Counted from the first letter of the stretch, positions 38,791 through 48,476 are shown. The stretch is DNA of 64,000 bases from Alphaproteobacteria bacterium (GCA_019233975.1 JAFALY010000035.1:65819-129818); one strand, 5' to 3'. Notes: a model not told the origin generated them from the sequence alone. Program-made: numbers and translations.

Positions 38791-40230
38791 TCAATAACTG
38801 CCCGGGCTCAATACTAAACAGGCCTGACCCTTGCTGGTCAGGTCGGTGCAGACCGTTTGCGCGGTCTGCGCATCAAGGTCCAGAATACGCGCGCGGTAAA
38901 TGGTGGCCTTGCCGTTACTCATTTTCTGCAATTCCGGACGGGCTGTTCCCAACAATTGAGGCATACCGTTGATGGTGTTGGCCAGAGATTGCCGTCCGAC
39001 ATCGACATCACTATAGGCGCCAATCTGTATCGCATAACGCGTGCTGTCCGCCGGGGGAGCCGCACTTACGGCCATGCTGCCGCCATGCGTGGCGGGGGCC
39101 GTAGCGCCGACAATTACCGGAGTGGGTGCAGCAGTATTATCATTGGCGGCCTGTACGGTTGCCACTGCGGGCGTCGGGGTTGGTTTGACGGGCGGTCTTG
39201 CTGTCACAAAAACGGCATCCGCGCGCGGCGGCAGGCGGATCGCGCTGCCGACTTTAATGGTCGATTCTTCCTCTTCGCTGTCATTGTTATCGCCCTGTGC
39301 TTCATCCTGACGCACGGCCATAACGCGACCTGTGCGTTGTTCTTCATGCGCGCGCTCAAAGGCGTCATCCAGCAACTGCGCCATGTGGTTATCACGCGCG
39401 ATGGCGGACTTGCCGCCGAACACAACGCCGATCAGGCGGAGATTGCCGCGCTTGGCGGACGCAACCAGATTGAACCCCGAGGCGCGGATATAACCGGTCT
39501 TGATGCCATCCATGCCGTCATAACGTTCTTTCAAATGGTTGTGGTTGTGATGCGCAATACCGGCATAGGTAAAACTGTCGTGATCGAAATAGGGGTAGTA
39601 GTGCGGGAAATGATAAACCAACGCATGTCCTAACAATGCCATATCGTGTGCCGTCGTTACCTGACCCGGGTCCGGCAGGCCTGACGGATTATTGAAATGT
39701 GTGTGCATCATGCCCAGCGCGTGCGCTTGTCGCGTCATCATCGCGCCAAAACCTTCTTCACTGCCCCCCATCCATTCGGCCAGAACAACGGCGGCATCAT
39801 TCGCGGATTCCGTGACCAGACCTAAAATGGCGTCTTCGACGCGGATGCGCTGCCCGGGGCGCAGGCCCAATTTAGAGGGGGCCTGTTCGGCAGCGTTTTC
39901 CGATACGGGCAAATATTGGTTCAACCCCAGCCGCCCGGCATCCAGCGCCTGAAAGGTGATGTACAGCGTCATCATTTTTGTCAGCGAAGCCGGATGGCGG
40001 ATGCTGTCGGCGGCTGTGGCGTGCAGGACCTCACCCGTTTCCGCATTAATCACCAAGTCGGCATAGCTGGCGCCATGGTCGACCAGAGCATGCGCGTGCT
40101 TGACCTTTTTGTGCCCTTTGTGATGCTTTTTGGGGGCCGCCCAAGCATGGCCTGAAGACAAGCATAGGGCTAACATTATGATAAATAAAAGGGATTTTTT
40201 TATAAGAGAACTGTTTCGCATAGCATCCAT
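38791..40230 (-). CDS. D-alanyl-D-alanine carboxypeptidase (S11, PBP5/6-like) with a C-terminal SPOR domain
   Basis: SxxK 'SLTKMM', 'SGFN' (SxN) and 'KTGY' (KTG). The C-terminal 'YAIQIGAYSDVDVGRQSL...ATIYRARI' is SPOR-like. Signal peptide present; the exact start (40221/40230/40284) is uncertain. Confidence 0.8.
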   Translation of the reverse strand: MDAMRNSSLIKKSLLFIIMLALCLSSGHAWAAPKKHHKGHKKVKHAHALVDHGASYADLVINAETGEVLHATAADSIRHPASLTKMMTLYITFQALDAGRLGLNQYLPVSENAAEQAPSKLGLRPGQRIRVEDAILGLVTESANDAAVVLAEWMGGSEEGFGAMMTRQAHALGMMHTHFNNPSGLPDPGQVTTAHDMALLGHALVYHFPHYYPYFDHDSFTYAGIAHHNHNHLKERYDGMDGIKTGYIRASGFNLVASAKRGNLRLIGVVFGGKSAIARDNHMAQLLDDAFERAHEEQRTGRVMAVRQDEAQGDNNDSEEEESTIKVGSAIRLPPRADAVFVTARPPVKPTPTPAVATVQAANDNTAAPTPVIVGATAPATHGGSMAVSAAPPADSTRYAIQIGAYSDVDVGRQSLANTINGMPQLLGTARPELQKMSNGKATIYRARILDLDAQTAQTVCTDLTSKGQACLVLSPGSY

Positions 40231-40409
40231 AGCGGGTTTGATTCGCCGTTCGTCCAGATTCGGCTTAATGAATCCAGAAATCAAGGACGCGGTTACGCAC
40301 TTGACAGTATATTCTCAATATCGTTAAAATTGTGCAATGCAATATGATCGTGGAAGCGATGTTGCAAGGGCCGAAAAAAGCCCGACCCTCGAACCAGTAC
40401 AGGTTATCG

Positions 40410-40991
40410 ATGACGCGTAAAAGCACGCCCAGAACGAAAGCCAAGACTGCACCCAAGGCTAAGGCTGCCGCTGCGCCGTCCAAGCCTGCGTCAAAGTCCG
40501 TGAAGGTCAAATTGGTGAAAGCCGAGCTTGTTGAATCAGTGCCTGCGACCCTCATGCCTTTAAACCCCCTCAACACCACCGAATGGAGGAATAGTCCAAT
40601 GTCAGAACAAGTCGAAAAGGCCACTCAGGCGATGATCACGGCCTATGAAGAATTGAACAAGTACACCCGCGAAGCGGTTGATGCTTCTGTCCGTGCGGCC
40701 AATGCGTTCAGCAAGGGTTGGGAAGAAACCGCCCGTAGCACCAGCACCCTGTTGCAAGACAGCGTGTCGCGCGCCATGGCGGCAGGCAAGACCATTGCCT
40801 CGGCCAAGAACATCCGCGACGTTGTCGATACGCACAATGAATTCGTCAAGGATTACGTCGATGCGGTCATCGCCAACACCGGCAAGATTACCGAAATCTC
40901 GGCCCGCGTGACCAAGGAAGTTGTGGAACCCATCGCGCAACACGCGACGGAAACCGTTTCCCGCATTATGCAAAAAGCGCGCGCTGCCTAA
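40410..40991 (+). CDS. phasin-family (PHA granule-associated) protein with a Lys/Ala/Pro-rich N-terminal tail
   Basis: C-terminal 130 aa are phasin-like ('QAMITAYEELNKYTREAVDASVRAAN'). The N-terminus 'TKAKTAPKAKAAAAPSKPASKSVKVK' is histone-H1-like. The start is ambiguous (40332/40410/40599). Confidence 0.55.
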   Translation: MTRKSTPRTKAKTAPKAKAAAAPSKPASKSVKVKLVKAELVESVPATLMPLNPLNTTEWRNSPMSEQVEKATQAMITAYEELNKYTREAVDASVRAANAFSKGWEETARSTSTLLQDSVSRAMAAGKTIASAKNIRDVVDTHNEFVKDYVDAVIANTGKITEISARVTKEVVEPIAQHATETVSRIMQKARAA

Positions 40992-41164
40992 GCGGTCACG
41001 CAACGCAGTTCATAAACCTCGCCAGCAATGGCGGGGTTTTTTGTTGCTATGCAAAAACGCGGCGGTTCATCAACAGGCTCCGTGCATCGTTTAGCCATTG
41101 TTTTCAGCCTGACCAGCCGTTACTAAAGACACATACTGTCAAAGCTATTTTTGCGGGTCATAGA

Positions 41165-42487
41165 GTGGTCAAGATTGTTTGTATCCATACCGCCAACGTC
41201 ACGGACAGGCTTATTAACACCGGGATCGTGGACTATACTGCGTTGATGGCGGCCTTGCAGGGCAAGGGGGATCAGATCGCCGGCTTGTTCATGTCCGATG
41301 CGGCGTCCGCTGATTTGCGGATACCGGATGCCTGGCCCGGTTATGACGATCATCTATCTGCCGAAGAATCCATGCGCCAGTTCCCGCAAGAAGAGTTTCA
41401 GACAATGGTCGGTGCGGCGGCAATGTGCGAAAAAGCTTTGCCTGTATTGGTCGTCAATATGGGCGAGCGTACCGGTTTCCGTCTTTCGCCTGAGACATTG
41501 CACAACTATCCGGTTGTTGCCGTTTCTCACGAATTCATGCGATTGGATGGGGAGCGAAGGATCTTGCGGTTGCGGCAATTTTGTGCGGCCGACCAAATTC
41601 TGTTTACAAACGAAGAAGAACGCGATGCGGCCCTGACCGCTATGCGCGATGTTTTTGGCGACGCGCGCGCCGCCAGTATGGCACAAAAAATTTCAGTCTA
41701 CCCCGTGCCATCAAACATTGTGCCGCCGGCCCGATTGGCAGAGCCGACTGATCGTGCCCCGAACGTCGTGGTTTTCGGCGTCATCAAGGCGCGCAAGGGG
41801 TTGGAAAAAGTGCCGCTCATGGCGCAACAGATCAAAGACGACCCCACGCTGACGGGCCGCAAAATAATTCTGATGGGTTCCGTTCCGACCCATGGCGGCG
41901 AAGATGGACAGGATGGCGGTTCCATCTTGCGTGATTTGCTGCCCCAGGTCTTCGGCCCGCAGGAGGGGCTTGCTGGCAAAAGTGACGCGGATCTGGTCGT
42001 CCTCGCCCTGCAGCTGGAGCGGTCAGTACGTCTTGAGGATCGCCTGCTGCCCATCGAATTACGGTTGAATGAGCCGATGGAGGAAGTCAGTCACGTCCTC
42101 AGTCAAAACCGTTATTGCTTCCTGCCGTTGCCGCGTGGTGCGACGGGGCATAGCGGGACGCTGGCGGCGGCGCTCGAACACCATATGATCACCTTCATTG
42201 CGCGCAATCCGGACGGGTTGACGCCGGACATATTGCAAAACGGGTGCGTTTATTTGCCCGACAGGCCGGAAGATTTCGTGGTCACCATGAAGCGGCATGA
42301 AAAGGAACAAGCCCGCAACCCCCGTATGGAGACGGCGATGGTTGCCGCGGGCGACCCCTATCGCGACGCGATAGGCTGGCCGGGTCTTATACGTCTGGTG
42401 AATGGCATGGCACGCAAAGCGGTTGCATTGCATTACGGTAATCAGGCCATAGCGGATGCCACTTGTGCGGCAGATTGCGCGTTATAA
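41165..42487 (+). CDS. hypothetical protein, possibly a divergent GT-B (GT4-like) glycosyltransferase
   Basis: C-terminal 'NVVVFGVIKARKGLEKV...KIILMGSVP' and 'RGATGHSGTLAAALEHH' loosely resemble GT4 retaining-GT motifs. This is weak. Confidence 0.3.
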   Translation: MVKIVCIHTANVTDRLINTGIVDYTALMAALQGKGDQIAGLFMSDAASADLRIPDAWPGYDDHLSAEESMRQFPQEEFQTMVGAAAMCEKALPVLVVNMGERTGFRLSPETLHNYPVVAVSHEFMRLDGERRILRLRQFCAADQILFTNEEERDAALTAMRDVFGDARAASMAQKISVYPVPSNIVPPARLAEPTDRAPNVVVFGVIKARKGLEKVPLMAQQIKDDPTLTGRKIILMGSVPTHGGEDGQDGGSILRDLLPQVFGPQEGLAGKSDADLVVLALQLERSVRLEDRLLPIELRLNEPMEEVSHVLSQNRYCFLPLPRGATGHSGTLAAALEHHMITFIARNPDGLTPDILQNGCVYLPDRPEDFVVTMKRHEKEQARNPRMETAMVAAGDPYRDAIGWPGLIRLVNGMARKAVALHYGNQAIADATCAADCAL

Positions 42488-43345
42488 GTTCTGTTGCCGT
42501 AAATCGCACACAGAACGACTGGTATCCAGTGACGCAACCGCATCCGCCTTGACGCCGCCCGCCAGCATGTGGCGCGTCAGATGTTCGTAATAGGCAATGA
42601 ATTGGCAGATGGCGTCACGGCGTTCTGGGGGCAGGGCGGCAGGCGGCAGTTGCATCAACCCCGCTTCCTGTTCCGACCGCCAGTCAACCACGACATCAAA
42701 TGACGGTGCGGCCAGATACAGTGTTTTATCAAAGCGGTCGAACCATGGGCGATAGATGTCCGTTAACGCTTTGTTCCACGCCGTGCGCCACCTTGCCTCG
42801 GCATCCTGTTCGCGTTCCAATGCGTTGACAGGCGTTGTGAGGGTATCGGGTGTTATGGGCGTCGCGCCAACGCACCAGCCGTCGATAATAATGGCCGTCG
42901 GACGCCCTTTGAAAACCGGCCATGTATGTTGTGGAGCGCGGTCATCCTGCAACTTGTCAAACGCGGGAATCGGCGTTTCTGTATCCGGCTTTGCGCTTGA
43001 CAGTTGGTCGATGACGGATTGACCCAGCGTAATGTCATGTGTGCCCGGCACGCCGCGCACGGCAAACAGAGGGTGGATGGCGGCGGCCATCTTCTGCCGC
43101 TCTGCCTTGGTCAGGTAAATATCGTCGATGGAGAAATGTGCAGCACCGAATTGCTGTGCCGCCTGTCGCGCATAGGTCGTTTTACCGCTGCCCTGACAGC
43201 CGCCGATGCCGATAATAGGCGGCGCGCCATCCGCGCGCGGATGATTGATCCAATCCCCCAGCAGCGACAGCAGGCGCGGGTCAAGGCTCACTGCTTTGCG
43301 AACTCCAGCCCGAACATGCGATAAAATTCGGGCCTGTCCTGCCAT
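42482..43345 (-). CDS. P-loop kinase of the glycerate 3-kinase (GLYK, plant/fungal-type) family
   Basis: Remembered GLYK family motifs line up: 'GIGGCQGSGKTT', 'SIDDIYLT', 'RGVPGTHD', 'WPVFKG', 'IIDGWCVG'. The ATG start overlaps the era 3' end by 58 nt, so the true start may be a downstream non-ATG codon. Confidence 0.55.
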   Translation of the reverse strand: MAGQARILSHVRAGVRKAVSLDPRLLSLLGDWINHPRADGAPPIIGIGGCQGSGKTTYARQAAQQFGAAHFSIDDIYLTKAERQKMAAAIHPLFAVRGVPGTHDITLGQSVIDQLSSAKPDTETPIPAFDKLQDDRAPQHTWPVFKGRPTAIIIDGWCVGATPITPDTLTTPVNALEREQDAEARWRTAWNKALTDIYRPWFDRFDKTLYLAAPSFDVVVDWRSEQEAGLMQLPPAALPPERRDAICQFIAYYEHLTRHMLAGGVKADAVASLDTSRSVCDLRQQNL

Positions 43346-44343
43346 TTCTCATCGCATTTCACGTCCAGGAACAAATGCACGCGGTGACCCAGAAAGCGTT
43401 CCAGATCGCGCCGCGCCGCTTCGCCTATTTGCTTGATGCGCGCGCCGCCTTTGCCCAAAACCATCGGCCTGTGCGTGGCGCGTTCGATGACGATGGATTG
43501 ATGCAGCGTGGCCGATCCGTCCGCGCGGTTTTCCCATTTCTCAGGTACAACGGTCGCGCCATAGGGCAGTTCCTGCTGCAATTGGCGGAACAATTGTTCC
43601 CGCGTGATCTCTGCCGCCAGCAATTGCGTGGGCAGGTCGCTCAGTTGGTCTTCGCCAAAAAACCACGGCCCCTTGGGCATGCGTGCGCCCAGATAATGCT
43701 TCAGGTCATTGACGCCGTCGCCATCCATCGCCGATATCATAAAGACAGCATCGAAAATGCCGGCTTCGTGCAACCGCGCCGCGAGTGGTAACAACGCGGA
43801 TTTCTGTACTGTGTCTACTTTGTTGAGAACCAAAGCTACCTGCCTTTTCTGGCGCTGCAGTTCGGCGATGATGGCGTCGGTTTTCGTGTCGTGACGCAGG
43901 CTGGCATCGACCAGCAGGATAATCGCGTCCGCACTATCCAACGCACCCCACGCGGCCTGTACCATGGCGTGGTCCAGACGGCGCTTGGGCGCAAAAATAC
44001 CGGGTGTATCCACGAAACCGATCTGCACCGCGCCTTCGGTCATCACACCCGTGATACGCATGCGCGTTGTCTGCGGCTTGGGGCTGGTGATCGAGATTTT
44101 CTGGCCGACCAGACGATTTAAGAGGGTGGATTTACCCGCGTTCGGCGCACCAACGATGGCGACAAACCCTGCGCGGGTTTCGGGCACTGCCTTCGGTTTG
44201 GGTGGCAGTTTGGTCGCGGCAGGTTTCGGGGTGGCCGATTGAGCTTTGGCAGGCTTTGCCTTGCCTGCTGGTTTGGCTTTTGCAGTTGCTGTTCTTGGTT
44301 TGGCTTTGGTTTTGTTTGCGGGTTTTGGCGGGGTTTTGGTCAT
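43288..44343 (-). CDS. era: GTPase Era with a ~55-aa Lys/Pro/Ala-rich N-terminal extension
   Basis: G1 'GAPNAGKST', G3 'DTPG', 'NKVD' and a C-terminal KH domain. The N-terminal extension is 'KPANKTKAKPRTATAKAKPAGKAKPAKAQSATPKPAATKLPPKPK'. Confidence 0.9.
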   Translation of the reverse strand: MTKTPPKPANKTKAKPRTATAKAKPAGKAKPAKAQSATPKPAATKLPPKPKAVPETRAGFVAIVGAPNAGKSTLLNRLVGQKISITSPKPQTTRMRITGVMTEGAVQIGFVDTPGIFAPKRRLDHAMVQAAWGALDSADAIILLVDASLRHDTKTDAIIAELQRQKRQVALVLNKVDTVQKSALLPLAARLHEAGIFDAVFMISAMDGDGVNDLKHYLGARMPKGPWFFGEDQLSDLPTQLLAAEITREQLFRQLQQELPYGATVVPEKWENRADGSATLHQSIVIERATHRPMVLGKGGARIKQIGEAARRDLERFLGHRVHLFLDVKCDEKWQDRPEFYRMFGLEFAKQ

Positions 44344-45140
44344 GCTTTGCCTCCGGCACCTGTGTGCGTGTTGCTTAATACGTGATTCAATAATGATGCC
44401 GCCGCTGCTTTCTGCGCGGCGCGCTTGGAATCGCCGCTGGCCGTCATCGGCGGGTGCCCTTTCAGGCTGACTTCAATGACAAAACGCGGCGCATGCGCGG
44501 GGCCCGTGTGCTCCAGCACCTTGTATTGCGGTAGAGGCAGGGCTTGCGCTTGTGCCCATTCCTGTAGTGCTGTTTTGGGGTCGGCGGGCGCCTCGGCAAT
44601 CGCGATATCTTTTTGCCAGTAACGATGGATAAAGGCGCTGGCCACCAAAAGGCCGCCATCCAGATACAGGGCGCCAATCAAGGCTTCGAGCGCATCGGAC
44701 AACGTGGCGAGGTTCTTGCGCGCCGCTGTCACGTTTTCACCGCGCGCGACGCGGATGAAACTGCCCAGGCCGATTTCGATCGCAACCTGACGCAGCGCAT
44801 CGCGGTTGACGAGTGCGGCATGACGTTTGGCCAGATCGCCTTCGTTGGCATCCGGGTATTGTTGATACAGCCATTCTGCGATAATCAGGCCCAGGACGCG
44901 GTCGCCCAGAAATTCCAGACGTTCATAGGGCGCGCCGCCTTTGCGCTTCTGCCTGTTCGCACCAGACAGGGATGGATGCGTCAGCGCCGCCTGCAACAAA
45001 CGCGGGTCGTTGAAGGTATGGCCGACGCGCGTCATCAGCTCAGCAATATCATCCTGCCTGCTCGCGGCTGTGGTTTTTGAAGTGTTTGTCATTACCTGAT
45101 CTTCGTGAATAAGCGATCCCAACGGACGGATGTCGGCCAT
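44340..45140 (-). CDS. rnc: ribonuclease III
   Basis: RNase III signature 'ERLEFLGDRVLGL' and a C-terminal dsRBD. The start overlaps the lepB 3' end. Confidence 0.9.
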   Translation of the reverse strand: MADIRPLGSLIHEDQVMTNTSKTTAASRQDDIAELMTRVGHTFNDPRLLQAALTHPSLSGANRQKRKGGAPYERLEFLGDRVLGLIIAEWLYQQYPDANEGDLAKRHAALVNRDALRQVAIEIGLGSFIRVARGENVTAARKNLATLSDALEALIGALYLDGGLLVASAFIHRYWQKDIAIAEAPADPKTALQEWAQAQALPLPQYKVLEHTGPAHAPRFVIEVSLKGHPPMTASGDSKRAAQKAAAASLLNHVLSNTHTGAGGKA

Positions 45141-45877
45141 TTCCAGAACTGCCAGAACGGCGCGCCGTCGCTCAGCGACAGGAACAAAAACTCCGCATGC
45201 CCCACCAGATTTTCTTCGGGCACAAAACCGACCATTTTGGTGCGACTGTCCTGCGAATTATCGCGGTTATCTCCCATGAAGAAGTAATGATGCGCCGGAA
45301 CGACAAACACATCCGTGTTGTCCAGCGGCATATTGTCGCCTTCCTTGCGGATGATATGCGTGACGCCACCCGGCAGCGTTTCCTGATAATCGGTGGTGGC
45401 TGTGCGGACAGGCGGCAATTGCTCGCCGGTCAGGGGGTGTTGCAGACGGTCGCGGTCAACAGGAACGCCGTTGATATACAGAATGCCCTGGCGCATTTGC
45501 ACGGTGTCGCCGGGCAGGCCGATCAGACGCTTGATGTAATCCGTCGTGTTATCGCGTGGCGTTTTGAAGACGACCACATCACCGCGTTTGGGTTCGTTCC
45601 CTAACAGACGACCCTTGAAAGGAATCAGACCCCAGAATGTCCCCATGTTGCCATAGCCGTAACTGTATTTGCTGACGAACAGATAGTCACCAATCAGCAG
45701 TGTCGGCACCATGGAGCTGGAGGGTATGTTGAACGGTTCGAAAGCCAGAGTGCGGATGCTAAGCGCAATCAGCATAGCCAGTAAAAGCGTACGAAAAGTC
45801 TCTTTTATGCCGCCATCTGTTGGCGGGGTTTCACTGGTTGGTTTGTCGGTCATAAAAACTCTGTGGTTACAGGGCAA
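45092..45877 (-). CDS. lepB: signal peptidase I
   Basis: 'SSMVPTLLIGDY' (Ser box), 'KRLIGLPGD' (Lys box) and 'GDNRDNSQDSR'. Confidence 0.9.
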   Translation of the reverse strand: MPCNHRVFMTDKPTSETPPTDGGIKETFRTLLLAMLIALSIRTLAFEPFNIPSSSMVPTLLIGDYLFVSKYSYGYGNMGTFWGLIPFKGRLLGNEPKRGDVVVFKTPRDNTTDYIKRLIGLPGDTVQMRQGILYINGVPVDRDRLQHPLTGEQLPPVRTATTDYQETLPGGVTHIIRKEGDNMPLDNTDVFVVPAHHYFFMGDNRDNSQDSRTKMVGFVPEENLVGHAEFLFLSLSDGAPFWQFWKWPTSVRWDRLFTKIR

Positions 45878-46162
45878 CGGGACTCAGGGTCTGCGGTTCT
45901 AAAGGATATGTAAAATCGTGTGAAGGGGCACGTGATTTTGGGCGTGAATTGGAAATATAAGCCTCTAATAGTTTCATGAAATTATATTCAACGGACAGCA
46001 CAGCGTCGATTATTGGTAACATATTGATAATAATAATAAAATTGTTTTTCTCGAAATGAGAAAATTCAGTTGAATGCGCGACTTCGCCTGTGCCAGTATG
46101 CCTTCAAGACAACTTAAAGCGAATGTTTTCTTAACGTTGTGGTTTAGTAGGGAGTGTAAAAA

Positions 46163-46588
46163 GTGGGTGATTCATTGACCAGCCGAGATCAGATGATTGG
46201 CCTAGCGGCCCAGATCGTTGCGTCTTATGTCGGCAATCATACGGTATCGACGCAGGAAATTCCGCAGTTGATGACCGTTGTTTATCAAGGCCTGATGCGT
46301 CTTGGCCAGGAAGGCAGCGCAGAACGTCCGGAACCCGCCGTTTCGCCGAAAAAGTCCATTTTCCCTGACTACATCGTTTGTCTCGAAGATGGAAAGAAAT
46401 TGAAGATGCTGCGTCGCCATCTGAAGACCGCGTACAATATGACGCCAGAGCAGTATCGCGAACGTTGGAGCCTGCCGTTGGATTATCCGATGGTTGCGCC
46501 GAACTATGCCCGTCAGCGCAGCAAGCTGGCGAAGCAGATCGGTCTTGGCACCGTGCGCCGCGAAACCAGCAGCCGCAAGGCCGCCTAA
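46163..46588 (+). CDS. mucR: MucR/Ros-family zinc-finger transcriptional regulator
   Basis: 141-aa protein with 'DYIVCLEDGKKLKMLRRHLKTAYNMTPEQYRERWSLP' (Ros/MucR C2H2-like finger). Confidence 0.85.
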   Translation: MGDSLTSRDQMIGLAAQIVASYVGNHTVSTQEIPQLMTVVYQGLMRLGQEGSAERPEPAVSPKKSIFPDYIVCLEDGKKLKMLRRHLKTAYNMTPEQYRERWSLPLDYPMVAPNYARQRSKLAKQIGLGTVRRETSSRKAA

Positions 46589-46610
46589 GCGTCAGGCATA
46601 CACAATAGTA

Positions 46611-46642
46611 AAGGGGTGGAACCAGGTTCCACCCCTTTTTTG
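46611..46642 (+). terminator. Rho-independent terminator after mucR
   Basis: AAGGGGTGGAACC-A-GGTTCCACCCC hairpin followed by TTTTTTG. Confidence 0.75.
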
Positions 46643-46712
46643 TTGGGCGGTGTGACTTCTACATGCTTTTATTATGGCGCTTAAGGTTGTATGACCAAGC
46701 GCTGGCGAAACT

Positions 46713-47579
46713 ATGGTATGGCCCCATTCAATGACAACAGACACGATGACTCATCCCGCTTATCCGGTCTTGCGCTTTGGCAATCTTGAAGTGCGTCTGG
46801 CCACCACGCTTGCGGAAGTCGATGCTGCGCAAGCGTTGCGTTACAAAGTGTTTTACGAAGAAATGGGCGCCCAGCCGACGGATGAAATGCTGGCGCGCAA
46901 ACGCGACTTTGACCGCTACGATGAGCATTGCCAGCATTTGCTGATTATCGACCATAAACTTGAAAACAGCCCGATCGTCGGTACGTACCGCATGATCCGC
47001 CGCTGTGCGGCTGAAAAATGCGGTGGGTTCTATTCATCAACCGAATATGACATCTCCGCGATCGTGGAATATCCGGGCGAGCTTCTGGAACTGGGCCGCT
47101 CCTGCATCGCTGCTGATTACCGTACCGGCGCTGTCATGCAGATCCTCTGGCGCGGTATCGCGGCCTTCATCGTTGCTTATGATGTGAAGTTGCTGTTCGG
47201 TTGCGCCAGCTTCCAGGGCACGGATGTTGAAAAACTGACGCTGCCTTTGTCTTATCTCTATCATCATCATCTGGCGCCGCCTGCGCTGCGTGCCAGGGCG
47301 TTGCCCGGACGTTATGTCGATATGTGCCGGTTGCCGCGTGAGGCGTTCGATCCGAACACGGCGTTCGATAAATTGAAATTCGACCCGCGCGGGGGCAGCC
47401 AATCACTGCCGCCGCTGATCAAGGGGTACATCCGCGTTGGCTGCGCCGTCGGTGATGGCGCCGTGATCGACGAACAATTTAATACCACCGATATTTTTAT
47501 CGTTGTTAAAACCGACCTGATCGCCGACCGCTATACCAAGCATTACGATCTGGAACGCAAAACCCCGACGGCTGAATAA
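46713..47579 (+). CDS. olsB: ornithine-acyl-ACP N-acyltransferase (OlsB, GNAT-like)
   Basis: OlsB-family (DUF-GNAT acyltransferase) blocks 'LRFGNLEVRLA', 'YKVFYEEMGA', 'RYDEHCQHLLI' and 'YRMIR...GFYSSTEYD'. It is immediately followed by an acyltransferase gene. Confidence 0.75.
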   Translation: MVWPHSMTTDTMTHPAYPVLRFGNLEVRLATTLAEVDAAQALRYKVFYEEMGAQPTDEMLARKRDFDRYDEHCQHLLIIDHKLENSPIVGTYRMIRRCAAEKCGGFYSSTEYDISAIVEYPGELLELGRSCIAADYRTGAVMQILWRGIAAFIVAYDVKLLFGCASFQGTDVEKLTLPLSYLYHHHLAPPALRARALPGRYVDMCRLPREAFDPNTAFDKLKFDPRGGSQSLPPLIKGYIRVGCAVGDGAVIDEQFNTTDIFIVVKTDLIADRYTKHYDLERKTPTAE

Positions 47580-47609
47580 AGCGAAGCGGGGCAGGGAAGA
47601 AGGATTGCC

Positions 47610-48476
47610 ATGAGTGTAGAAGCCACAGAAACAACCGCGCCGGTGTATGACCTGCCCGATGCGTGGAAAGGGTCTGCCTTTTTGGGCGGACTGCGGCTTG
47701 CTTGCTTTGTCGTTATGGTGATGGGGCTTTTCGCTTTCTATCATGGCATATTGTTGCCATTCAAACTCAACCGCTACACCATGTGCCGTCGTTTTCACGC
47801 GCTGTTTCTGAAATTGCTGAACGTCAAACTGCGTGTGCATGGTGCGCCCACAGACGGGCAGATCATGTTTGTCTCCAACCACACATGCCCGTTTGATATT
47901 CCGGTCATCGGCTCCATCTGCACGGCGTCCTTTGTCGCTAAATCGGAAATGAATGGCTGGCCGGTCATCAACCATATGTGCGACATGCAGGAGACCATCT
48001 TTATCGTGCGCCGCGCCGGACACTTGCGTGAACAGCAGAATGATTTGCAGAATGCCATCGATGCCGGACGCAGCCTGATCATGTTCCCGGAAGGCACAAC
48101 CGGGCTGGGGACCGATGCACTGCCCTTTAACAGCAGCTTGTTCAGCATCCCCATGACCCCTGATAACGCCAAGCGCCTGAAGGTGCAGCCGATGGTTGTG
48201 ACGATCACCGAAATTGCCGGTATTCCCGTCACACCGGAACGCCGCGAATTCTGCGCCTGGTACAGGCCGGAAGACGATCTGGCTAACTATGCCTGGAAAG
48301 TCATGAAAGTGCCGTCTCTGACCATCGATGTCACATTCTTCCCGGCGGTTGATCCGCGCGATTATGCAGACCGCAAAGCCCTGTCTCGTGCAATGTACGA
48401 CCAGATAGCGGGCTGCATTCGCCAATTGAACGCGGAAGCGGTGCAAAAAGATTCAGAAAGAAAGCGAATTGCCTGA
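47610..48476 (+). CDS. olsA: lyso-ornithine lipid O-acyltransferase (OlsA, PlsC-family acyltransferase)
   Basis: 'NHTCPFD' (HX4D) and 'FPEGTT' acyltransferase motifs. An 8-nt overlap with miaB. Confidence 0.7.
   Translation: MSVEATETTAPVYDLPDAWKGSAFLGGLRLACFVVMVMGLFAFYHGILLPFKLNRYTMCRRFHALFLKLLNVKLRVHGAPTDGQIMFVSNHTCPFDIPVIGSICTASFVAKSEMNGWPVINHMCDMQETIFIVRRAGHLREQQNDLQNAIDAGRSLIMFPEGTTGLGTDALPFNSSLFSIPMTPDNAKRLKVQPMVVTITEIAGIPVTPERREFCAWYRPEDDLANYAWKVMKVPSLTIDVTFFPAVDPRDYADRKALSRAMYDQIAGCIRQLNAEAVQKDSERKRIA

Noticed and set aside
47403-48446. 347-aa minus-strand ORF antisense to olsA
   Set aside because: No motifs and shadow-frame composition; olsA has HX4D and FPEGT acyltransferase motifs on the plus strand.
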